From Octopus sinensis (lineage: Eukaryota), in the NCBI RefSeq assembly GCF_006345805.1, contig NW_021824359.1, positions 1 through 18,840 of the forward strand: 18,840 nt of DNA, written 5' to 3'. Below, piece after piece: positions 1-10,760 of the stretch; the first letter of the stretch is position 1, and every line of letters starts with the position of its first letter. The notes beneath the pieces were generated by a model, which worked only from the letters and a program-made list of their open reading frames with translations, was not told where the DNA came from and did no database searches. Both the position numbers and the translations under genes were made by a program.

Positions 1-378
1 AAATTTGCGATAAACATTCTAAATCTGGCCCGAAGCACGTATATATTAGACATTTACATCGACCACAGCGTATGACTGGTATTTTGTTATATCGTCCTCT
101 GAACAGTGAAATCTAACATCTGATAATCGGTTGTATTTTTCACAGCGATTCAGCCATGGTGGGGTATTAGCATGAAAGCTTTATTTATCAAATAGACCGT
201 CGTTGTCATTTTGTCTTTGAAGTCTGGTAAGATATTTTATCGATCATTTTTCACTGAACCACTAAGTGTAATAGGGAAATAAACAAACCAGTTCCTTTTG
301 TCAAATAGTGTTGACATAAAGACAAGTTAAAGAAAGAGACAAGCGCAAGCTCAAAGACGTTCGAGGACAAATAAACAG

Positions 379-470
379 GGAGAGAGAGGGAGAGAGGGAG
401 ATAGACGCAGACACACAGACACACACTCACACACACACACATACACACACACACATGAACTAACACACAC
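379..470. repeat. (GA)n/(CA)n compound microsatellite
   Basis: Visible gagagagagg...acacacacac tracts. Confidence 0.9.
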
Positions 471-1034
471 GCATATAAGTAAACTTCTAACTGTTTCTAC
501 TAAAAGAGGTTTTTAGCATCCACAGCCGAGTGGTGCAACGTGGACATCTTACGAAATGTATTCTAAGTTAGATTGCTTGTTGAAATCATAAAGAATGTTT
601 ATATTTCCTGGCTTAATCTTATGAAAAAAACCAGTCTTCATAACTGTTTTTCGCATTTTCTTGAATTTACGCATAATTCCCAATGGAAGTAAAAAACACG
701 AGAAAAAAAATCTGCCATTCTTTTCTCTGTGCTAGTTTAAAGCATTCGGTTATAATATATCAATTTTTCTCTCTCATATTTTATGTCATTCTTACAAGAT
801 TAATAAGATAGTGGTTTGAGCTATCCTTACGGATTGTTTTCAGTATTTTAAACTGTGTGAAGTGCTACGAAAAACCAGTACCAAAACTGGTACATAGTCT
901 AACGAAAATTCAATTTTATTGTTTTCGATTTTCCAGGAATTTTCTCCTGATTCGGAAACAGAAATTCACACTTTCATAAGAATAACGGAAATAAATAAAT
1001 ATAACTGTTTCACATGATAGGCATACATACTTAA

Positions 1035-1063
1035 ACACACACACACACACTTACACACACACA

Positions 1064-1103
<40 letters not shown>

Positions 1104-1560
1104 CATACACACACACACACACACACACATACGTGCGTGTATGTATGTATGTATATATGTATGTATGTATGTATGTATGTTTGTATGTATGTATGTATGT
1201 ATGTGGGTATGTATGTATGTATGTATGTATGTATGTATGTATGTATGTATGTTTGTATGTATGTATGTATGTATGATTGTATGTATGTATGTATGCATGT
1301 ATATATGTATATATGTAGTATGTATGTATGTATGTTTGTAATGTATGTTATGTATGTATTTTGTATGTATGTATGTCTGTTTGTATGTATGTATGTATGT
1401 ATGTATGTATGTATGTATGTCTGTCTGTCTGTATTATGTGTATGTATGTATGTAGTTTGTATGTTATGTATGTATGTATGTTTGTATGTATGTATGTATG
1501 CATGTATGTATGCTTGTATGTATGTATGTATATATGTATGCATGTATATATGTATATATG

Positions 1561-1594
<34 letters not shown>

Positions 1595-1680
1595 TGTATG
1601 TATGTTTGTATGTATGTATGTATGTATGTATGTATATATGTATGTATGTATGTATGTGTGTATGTATGTGTGTATGTATG

Positions 1681-1713
<33 letters not shown>

Positions 1714-2227
1714 GTGTATGTATGCATGTGTGTATGTATGTATATATGTATGTATGTTTGTATGTATGTATGTATGTATGTATATGTATGTATGTATGTA
1801 TGTATTATGTATTATGTATGTATGTATGTATGTATGTATGTATGTTTTGTATGTATGTATGTATGTTTGTATGTATGTATGCTGTAGTATGTGTGTATGT
1901 ATGTATGTATGCATGTATGCTTGTATGTATGCATGTATGTATGTATTATGATGTATGTATGTTTGTATGTATGTATGATGTATGTATGTATGTATGTATG
2001 TTTTGTATGTATGTATGTATGTATGTATGTATGTATGTTTGTATTTATGTATATATTATGTATGTATGTAGGTATGTATGTATGTATGTTTTTGTTATGT
2101 AGTATGTAGTAATGTATGTATGTATTTATGTATGTATGTATGTATGTATGTATGTGTGTATGTATGTATGTATGTATGTTTGTATGTATGTGGTATGTTT
2201 TATGTATGTATGTATGTATGTATGTAT
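1035..2227. repeat. (CA)n followed by a ~1.1-kb degenerate (GTAT)n array
   Basis: Directly visible; accounts for all MYVC/HTYI ORFs between 1031 and 2332. Confidence 0.97.
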
Positions 2228-2352
2228 GGCGAAGGCGCGTGGCCTAGTAGACAGGCTGTTGCGCTCACGATCATAAGAGCGTGGGTTCGATTTCCTGACT
2301 CTGCGGCACATTTGTGTTCTTGAGCAAAACACTCCATTTCACGTTGCTCCAC
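2228..2352 (+). mobile_element. tRNA-derived SINE 5' fragment (Pol III head plus CORE-like segment)
   Basis: Box A-like TGGCCTAGTAG, box B-like GGTTCGATTTCC, then TGTGTTCTTGAGCAAAACACT...TTCAC resembling the CORE-SINE motif. Confidence 0.75.
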
Positions 2353-2571
2353 CCCACCCCCTTTTGATTGGGGTTGGGAACTGATGGTCTGCCTCGCTTA
2401 CATGCATGCAAGCGTACATGCAAATAAAGGAAATGTTCAGATGAACAAGCAGAATTCCCAATAAGCACCCCACGAGGAGTTCGGCTAATCAGGTCGATAA
2501 TGCAACAGAATATGAACTTTGAAAAACCTACAAACAGAATTAGATATTCTTTACCTCTCACTTCTTCTCTC

Positions 2572-2588
2572 TGTGTGTGTGTGTGTGT

Positions 2589-2626
<38 letters not shown>

Positions 2627-2673
2627 GCGTGTGCGTGTGTGTGCGTGTGTGTGTGTGTGAGTGTGTGTGTGTG
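2572..2673. repeat. (TG)n microsatellite
   Basis: Directly visible. Confidence 0.95.
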
Positions 2674-2795
2674 TAAGTGACTGCTTGCGTTGATCAGGGC
2701 GCCTCACGTTCCCTGATCACTCTACTTCGTGCATTTTTCATCTCGTATAGAGATTCTGAGGATCACTGAATCAGTTGGAAGTAGCGCTTGAGTTA

Positions 2796-3160
2796 TCTCT
2801 CTCTATATATAAACGGCAAAATGTCTGTGTGTGTGTCCTTTATACAAATCCACAATTTTTCAGTTAGAGACCTCGCACTTTCTATGGTCATTCAAAACCG
2901 TCCAAGGGTGGTCGTGCACATCTTTACATTTCCCCAGTCACCCCGCAAAGCCATTAAAAATCAATAGAAGTGACTTTTTTGTGAATTTTCTAACCAGAAC
3001 CCAATCAAAATGCCCGAAACTTGATACGCCAATTGAATGCCAGCTAGCTGTATGTGATTGGTCGGAGATTTGGACAGTACTCGCGTGTATATGCGCACGC
3101 ACGCTGCTGTATATGCATGCACTAGCAATATGACGCAGCGTTGACGGGTCATAGTGCTTG
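2796..3160 (+). mobile_element. Non-autonomous Helitron-like element
   Basis: Starts A|TC-TCTCTCTATATATAAA followed by a short TG microsatellite. Ends with an imperfect GC-rich subterminal hairpin (TGACGCAGCGTTGACGGGTCA, 3131-3151), then TAGTG-CTTG (CTAG with one change). No TIR or TSD. Confidence 0.6.
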
Positions 3161-3206
3161 CATTGTATAAGTGAGCACCTGCATTCAGAGGAACAATACA
3201 CTAGAT

Positions 3207-3642
3207 CAGTGGCTCTCAACCATTTCTTACTTATGAATCGCTTTGATTACTATTTGACTTGAGCCATTCGATGTTTAAAATCTAGTTTTATAGAGACTTC
3301 TGTTTATCCTACATTCATGTGTGTATCTTTGCAAATGCACTCTCAGAGACAATATGTTTTAGTGGCTGGAAACACGTTAAACAATGTTAAGTATTAAAGC
3401 AAGATACCAAGTTGTTTTATTACAATATCTCTTTTACTTGTTTCAGTCATTTAACTGTGGCTATGCTGGAGCACCGTCTTTTAGTCAAGCAAATCGACCC
3501 CAGGACTTATTCTTTGTAAGCCTAGTACTTATTCTATCGGTCTCTTTTGCTGAACCATTAAGTTACGTGGACGTAAACACACCAGTATCGGTTGACAAAC
3601 GATGTTGGGGGGACAAACACAGACACACACAGACACACACAG

Positions 3643-3719
<77 letters not shown>

Positions 3720-4162
3720 ATATATATATATACAAGTAGGCACTGTAAATTTAGTGGGAATACTTGATAAGTATAAGCACCTGTATATGCCAGATAGTGG
3801 CAGAGGTGAGAGAGAATATATTTATTTTTTATATGTATATACATATATACGACGGGCTTCTTTCAGTTTCTGTCAACCAAATCCACTCGCAAGGTTTTGG
3901 TCAGCCCGAGGCTATAGTAGAAGACACTTGCCCAAGGTGCTACGCAGTGGAACTGAACCCGGAACCATGTGGCCCTCATAAGCAAGCTACTTACCACACA
4001 GTCACTCCTGCGACAATATATACGTCGAAAGCGAAATTTTTTCATGTACCCTTAAATACTACGGTGGATTCCCAATTTACTATTTTGCCTGCATGTACCC
4101 CATGATATTTTGTGTGAACTCCTCCCACCAGGGCTCGTTTGGCTCCTAGTTGAGAACTACTG
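3207..4162. mobile_element. hAT (Charlie/MER5-like) MITE interrupted by a nested SINE
   Basis: TIRs CAGTGGCTCTCAAC (from 3207) and GTTGAGAACTACTG (to 4162). The 8-bp flanks CACTAGAT and CATTGAAT match at 5/8, all differences being transitions. Confidence 0.75.
3429..4014 (-). mobile_element. Full-length tRNA-derived SINE, family A (CORE-like, internal microsatellite)
   Basis: Reverse complement matches the + strand copy at 8664-9186 in both head and 3' body. Flanked by (AC)AATAT direct repeats at 3422-3428 and 4013-4019. Confidence 0.9.
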
Positions 4163-4849
4163 CATTGAATAAAGAATGAAATTTATACCAATATTTATTG
4201 GTCGCTGACACCGCCATTAACAGTGTTCAAGCACTCCCGGACAAATTGATGCACTGGGATTTCAGTTACTCAAGTATAGCACATCTAAATTAGCTCTGGG
4301 TCCCCTTGTCGCGTGGGTCTGTCAGGATAAACTATCAAGCGTGCCCATGCTTTAAAACGGCGCTGTTGGACCCGACAGGTTTATAGGACTTGCAGTCGGA
4401 TGATTGATGGCTAAAATCTGCAGAAATACGACGAAGCTGTTAGTGTTTTTCTACCATCGAATTTAATATTATCAAATTAAATTTTACATTACGTTGCTGC
4501 TTTAACTGCAGAAGCTAATAAAGAAAACGAGAAGAACGAGGAAAACGAGGCTTGTATTACGCGATAGTACAACCTCATTATTCATACTAAATTTAAAACA
4601 AACAGAACAACATAAAACCAACGAAATATATCTCCGCCTCTTTTGATTTCTCCCGTTTAATGGTCGTTACATGAAACAAAAAGTCAGCCATAACTTTAAA
4701 GAATTTTCTCATTCCATATTTGCTTGTTAACGACTAAAACCACAGTTGGCCACGTTCGCCACGCTTCTTTACTTCTTTATCTTGTTATTATTTTGTTTCT
4801 TAAGCAACTCTTTTTCCTCATCACTAATATCATTCTCTCTTTGCCTTTT

Positions 4850-4956
4850 TTTCTCTGTCTGTCTGTCCGTCTGTTTGCCCGCCTCTCTCTCTCTCTATCT
4901 CTCTCTCTCTTTCTCTCTTTGTAACATACTCCCGCCCTCTGCTTTTCTCTTTATTC

Positions 4957-5006
<50 letters not shown>

Positions 5007-5217
5007 TCCCCCATGTGTATTTTTTAAAAACCCGATCCTTTCTCACTATTTCTTTCTTTTTACTCTCCATTTCTCTCTCTCCCTATCCCCCTCTCTCTCT
5101 CTAATTACTTCTATCATATTTCCCTCTCTTGTTACATCTCTCTTTTCCTTCTCCAAAATTAGGCTCCCGTTTAATTGCCCCTGCAATGCACACACAGTCA
5201 CCTGCACACGAATTTAT

Positions 5218-5249
<32 letters not shown>

Positions 5250-5426
5250 GTGTATATACATATATATATATACATAGACACACACACAAACGCACATATA
5301 TATGTATATGTATGTATATATATGCACATACATAAATACATGTGTATGTGTGTGTGTGTGCACGAAGAATGCATATACCTATACACACACCAACGCATGC
5401 ACACACGTTACTATTCACACATATTC

Positions 5427-5459
<33 letters not shown>

Positions 5460-5645
5460 ATTTCATCTCTCTTCCTCCCCTCCTCTTTCTTACATTCTTT
5501 CCTCCCCACCACCGCAATCGTTTTTCTCTATCTCTTTCTACTCCCTTTCATTCCCTCCCCTCCCTCCTGACCTCTCCCTCCTCCTCCTCCTCCTCCTCCT
5601 CCCCCCCTCTCTCTCTCCTGTTCTCCCTTTCTCCCGTTCTCTTTA
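4850..5645. repeat. Mixed microsatellites and polypyrimidine tracts: (CT)n, (ATT)n, (CA)n, (TA)n, (CCT)n
   Basis: Directly visible. Confidence 0.85.
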
Positions 5646-5928
5646 TATTATTATTTCTCCTCCATAACGCCTCTTAATAGATTCTGCTCGTTTTGAGGTT
5701 TTAAAGCATAACATTGTTATTAATGCTATCTATAGAAGTATGCCAAACCACATCCCCGCTTTATGTTTACGCGTCGCGATAAGTTCACTATTAACATTTC
5801 CTTTCACCCACTTCAAAGACACACACTTTATTAGAATGTGCTGATGTTTTCAACCAGCTAATCATATCGCTATTACTTGACCATTGCAAGCCTTTGTAGT
5901 TGCTTCTACCGTTTTTATTTCGTTGTTT

Positions 5929-6690
5929 TATCATCATCATTATTATTGTTGTTGTGGTTGTTGTTCTTGTTGTTGTTGTGCTTGTTCTTTATGTTCTAGT
6001 GGTTGTAACATTTTTGTTTGTTGTAGTTATTGTTGTTGTTGTTTTTAGACGTTGTTGCACTTTTTCTCTCTCTCTCTCTCCTTTCTTGTTGTCACTGTTA
6101 ATCTCGTTGTTTTTGTTGTTGTTGTTGCTGCTGCTGTTGTAATTTTTTTTCTACTGCTGCAGCTTGCTGCTAATGGCGATGATGTTGATGACGACGACAA
6201 CGATAATGATGACGATGATGATGATGATGACGGTGATGCTGCTGCACTTAATGATGATGATGATGATGGTGATGATGACGATCATGATGATCATGATGAT
6301 GGTAATGATGATGGTGATGATGACGATCATGATGATAATGACGGTGATGATGATGATGCTGGTGAAGGTGCTCTAATAGCGATGATGTTGAGGACGACGA
6401 CGACGATGATGATGATGATGCCGATGCTGATGAGGGTGCTCTTGCTGCTGCTGTGTGCTCCTGCTGTTGCTGCTGCATGTGCTGCTATTATTTGTTCGGT
6501 TGCTGATGTTAATAGTGATGATGATGATGATGAAACTGTTTTATAGCTGACAATTAAGGCGGCTGCTCCTGCTGCTGTTAAGTTGCTCTTCTTCATCTTG
6601 TTTCTCTTATTGCTATTTGCTGCTGCTAATGAATGTGGTATTGATGCCACTGCCGCTGCTGCTGTTGCTGCCGCTGCTGCTGCTGCTACT
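5929..6690. repeat. Trinucleotide mosaic (GTT/GCT/GAT/GAC/GGT)n with unique linkers
   Basis: Directly visible; gives poly-D/A, poly-S/A and poly-H/Q translations in different frames, each interrupted by stops. Confidence 0.85.
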
Positions 6691-6967
6691 CCAGGCAGCT
6701 TATTCCTAAATGAGCCCCCGTTGCGAAGAACGATGCCACTCAAATCACACGTTAGCTTTGGCGCTTCCATAATTATACACTGATTTGCTTTCTTTTAAGT
6801 TTAATTCTACCTACCCAACACTTTTCTAACCCTCGTCTCTCCTTCACCATCCGCCCCACTCATCCCTCTCCACCCCCCTCTCTCTCTCTCCATCGATCAC
6901 CAAATAACTATTAAATACCTGATTGAACGCTCAATGCTCTTCATTTACATAACATATTTTCTGTAAT

Positions 6968-7072
6968 TTATTATTATTATTATTATCATTATTATCATTA
7001 TATTATTATTATTAATTATTATTATTATTATATTATTATTATATCATAATTATTATTATTATTATTATATCA

Positions 7073-7106
<34 letters not shown>

Positions 7107-7111
7107 CATTA

Positions 7112-7156
<45 letters not shown>

Positions 7157-7168
7157 CATCATTATTAT
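6968..7168. repeat. (ATT/ATC)n microsatellite
   Basis: Directly visible. Confidence 0.95.
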
Positions 7169-7437
7169 TTTTCTTTTAATATTTAATATTTTCGTTCTTT
7201 GTTTTTATAATATTTTTTGAAAAGATTTCTTTTCTAAATTATGGAGAAATTTTATTTATATATTCGTTTATTCTTTATTTGTTTGTTTGTTTGGTTTCGA
7301 TTTATTGTGCAAAGTCCTTCATTTGCTAAATTGCAACGTATAATAACGGCTGTGGTTTCACTTGAGTACGTAACAGATTAACAAGAATATTTTATATGTA
7401 TGTACACGCACACGCACACCCGTACACGCGCGCGCGC

Positions 7438-7787
7438 ACACACCTACAAATATACAAACCTAAATATATATGTTCACACACACACAAATATAGATATGTA
7501 TGTATATACTTTCTGTGTGTGTATATATATGTATGTATATCTGAATGTGCGTTTATCCATATATATGTATATGTCTATGTATGTATGTGTGTGTATATAT
7601 ATGTATGTATGTATATATGCATGTATATCTATAAGTATGTTTATATATACATATATATACATATAAATGTGTGTGCGTATATATAAATATACACACACAT
7701 ACACACTCATACACACCTACAAATATACAAACCTAAATATATATGTACACACACACACATATAGATATGTATGTATATACTTGTATG

Positions 7788-7834
<47 letters not shown>

Positions 7835-8008
7835 ATCTGCATGTGCGTTTATCTATATATATGTATATTTCTATGTATGTGTGTGTATATATATGTATGT
7901 ATGTATATATGCATGTATATCTATATGTATGTTTATATATACATATATATATACATATAAATGTGTGTGCGTATATATAAATATACACACGCACACATAC
8001 ACACTCAT
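7438..8008. repeat. Tandem duplication of a low-complexity unit (273 bp and ~298 bp)
   Basis: ACACACCTACAAATATACAAACCTAAATAT starts at both 7438 and 7711; the units are colinear and both end in ACACACTCAT. Confidence 0.85.
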
Positions 8009-8499
8009 ACACACTCACACACGCATAGCTCCTACATGCACACGGAATCAAGCTCGCAGATGAGTATGTATGTGTTTATGTGTGTATGTATGTGTATTTA
8101 GATATGTAGATACATGCTCACAAATTAGAGATTTTAAGCTTACAGAGACTCTTACATAGAGTTCCCGCTTTGCTTACCTGGTTTGCTTAATTGAATACCT
8201 GTGTCACATATTTCTCTTCCTCATTCACTTTCTACCAGTATCTACCCGTTCCTCTGTATGTGTGTATCTCTCTCTCTCTCTCTACATACATTGATACACA
8301 CACATGCACACATGTATATATGCACATATATATATATTCATATATATGTATATGCAAACTCATATGAAAGCATTTATCTTTATACATAATCTAATATAGA
8401 AATATTTGTCTGTATATGTATAAATACGCATGTATAAATAAATATCAGAAATATATAGACAGACAGACTCACAGATATATAGATATGAATAAAATTATA

Positions 8500-8662
8500 C
8501 TGTGTGGTAAGTAGCTTGCTTACCAACCACATGGTTCCAGGTTCAGTCCCACTGCGTGGCACCTTGGGCAAGTGTCTTCTGCTATAGCCTCGGGCCGACC
8601 AAAGCCTTGTGAGTGGATTTGGTAGACGGAAACTGAAAGAAGCCCGTCGTATATATATATAT
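8500..8662 (+). mobile_element. Family A SINE head, 5'-clipped, in tandem with the next copy
   Basis: Highly similar to 8677-8830; box B GGTTCAGTCCC. Confidence 0.9.
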
Positions 8663-8663
8663 A

Positions 8664-9186
8664 GGCGCAAGAGTGGCTGTGTGGTAAGTAGCTTGCTTAC
8701 CAACCACATGGTTCCAGGTTCAGTCCCACTGCGTGGCACCTAGGGCAAAGTGTCTTCTACTATAGCCTCGGGCCGACCAAAGCCTTGTGAGTGGATTTGG
8801 TAGACGGAAGCTAGAAGAATCCTGTCGTATATATGTATATATATATAACGGGAAGGTTTACGAAAAATAAACAAAAGACGAAGGCAGGTTTACGAAAATA
8901 AACAAATGTATGTGTGTGTGTGTGTGTGTGTCTGCTCGCGCGTGTGTGTGTGCGTGCGTGCGTGTGTGTGTGTGTATGTTTGTATGTCTGTGTTTGTCCC
9001 CCCAACATCGCTTGACAACCGATGCTGGTGTGTTTACGTTCCCCGTAACTTAGCAGTTCGGCAAAAGAGACCGATAGAATAAGTAGTAGGCTTACAAAGA
9101 GTAAGTCCTCGGGTCGATTTGCTCGACTAAAGGCGGTGCTCCAGCATGGCCCCAGTCACATGACTGAAACAAGTAAAAAAAAAAAG
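8664..9186 (+). mobile_element. Full-length family A tRNA-derived SINE
   Basis: Box A TGGCTGTGTGG (8674-8684), box B GGTTCAGTCCC (8717-8727), CORE-like segment, internal (TA)/(TG) microsatellite, and a 3' body ending TGACTGAAACAAGT plus A-tail. Confidence 0.92.
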
Positions 9187-9560
9187 GCATACATACATAC
9201 GTTCCTTTTTAGTGATGAAAATAGGTAGTTGTGCCGAATAGCAATCTATATAGTTAATTTAACGTGAATATTCTGAAAGGAAGTCACAATACTGCGATGT
9301 TCATCACGAGAAGACATCTCGTGTAAACATATAGTGTTAAAATGCACAAGAACCTGACTGCATTACGATGGAACTACGTTTATTTGTAATTCTTCCACTT
9401 CTAAATCTATTTCTACATCCGTTCATTAACAGTATATACAATCAAGAATGCTCGATATATTTAAATTACGACTTTCCCATATGATCCATCGATCCATCTT
9501 ATACATCCATGTATTTAGTCGACTATCTCTCAGTCTGTTTGTAAGCTGAGTATACATGAG

Positions 9561-9708
9561 TGTATGTATGTATGTATGTATGTATGTATGTATGATGTAT
9601 GTATGTATGTATGTATGTATGTATGTATGTATGTATGTATGTATCTAACTATTTGTCTATCTCTCTTTTGTGTCTAGCGTTATTCCTCTGTCTGTCTGTC
9701 TGTCAGTC

Positions 9709-9744
<36 letters not shown>

Positions 9745-9777
9745 TCTATCTATCTATCTATCTATCTATCTCTACCA

Positions 9778-9817
<40 letters not shown>

Positions 9818-9823
9818 GTCTGC

Positions 9824-9893
<70 letters not shown>

Positions 9894-9915
9894 GTCTGTC
9901 TATCTATCTATCCAT
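9561..9915. repeat. (GTAT)n, (CT)n and (TATC)n microsatellites
   Basis: Directly visible. Confidence 0.95.
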
Positions 9916-10673
9916 CTTTCCTATTGGCGGCTGTCGGTTTATTCTACCTTAAGCTTTCTCTTAAGTTATAATATTTATTTAGGCTTTCCTCTGAGTAAGG
10001 TAAAATATAATGATTTATCGTCACTTATACTAAAGTGTTATCATTGTATCTTTAACCCTAACTGCAGTTGTAACGTCATATAGACGCATGGAACGCTAAC
10101 TCAACGACCATGTATGTCGAATATTTTAATTGTGTCCTTTAAACCGCTATAAGAAACATAAATCAAAGACTACAGAAATGCATATGTATCTATGCTCAGT
10201 TGAAAAACAAACGTGAAGAGAAACATATTCTTTTGAATTATTTATTTAATAAATATAACATTTAATATTTATTTACAGGAAGAAAGATAACTTAGTCGTG
10301 AGAAAAACGACTTTAAATTCCTTAGCTAATTTCTTTTTCTATACTAATACGTTAACCAACAAATCAAAATAGATTGTGATTAACGTAGGCATGGCATAAA
10401 AATTTACCGATGTCTCCAAAAGAGTGAGTGTCGTGTAGTTGAATGACTACCAACGAACACTAAAGTCTCTCCCCAAATCCAGGGTTTTTATAACTGCTCA
10501 ACCTGATCAAAAAGAATCGAAATTCAGGACAAACATTCTTCTAGAATCGTTATACGAGCAGTTACACTAACCAATGGGAAAAGAACGAAAATGACAATTC
10601 CTCGGCAAAGACATTACGTCATATTGCCAATTCGCGCCACATTTCAAAATGGCTAAAATGGCTATTGCTACAC

Positions 10674-10759
<86 letters not shown>

Positions 10760-10760
10760 A
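10674..10760. repeat. (TATC)n array, left flank of the Tx1-like LINE
   Basis: Directly visible. Confidence 0.95.

Noticed and set aside
480-1015. AT-rich segment with a small hairpin (GTACCA/TGGTAC) and recurring TAACTGTTT, possibly a DNA transposon relic
   Set aside because: No terminal inverted repeats or TSD could be defined from the sequence.
2228-2310. tRNA gene (also the heads at 8664 and 15709)
   Set aside because: A/B boxes are present but no intact cloverleaf, and they continue into SINE bodies.
1031-2332. Long ORFs (up to 321 aa) of MYVC/HTYI repeats, and similar ORFs at 5101-5677, 7396-8063, 9599-10083, 11803-12368 and 14021-14487
   Set aside because: Translations of stop-free microsatellites; no coding signature.
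4330-4432. Minus-strand acceptor-like TTTCTGCAG followed by a possible exon
   Set aside because: All three frames hit stops within about 90 nt and no recognisable peptide results.
6248-6478. Poly-Gln/poly-His ORF suggesting a transcription factor exon
   Set aside because: The frame is closed by stops on both sides, and no DNA-binding domain is present in the window.
8172-8180. Strong minus-strand splice donor CAG|GTAAGC
   Set aside because: No credible upstream acceptor or coding exon; isolated 9-mers occur by chance. A UTR or non-coding exon cannot be excluded.
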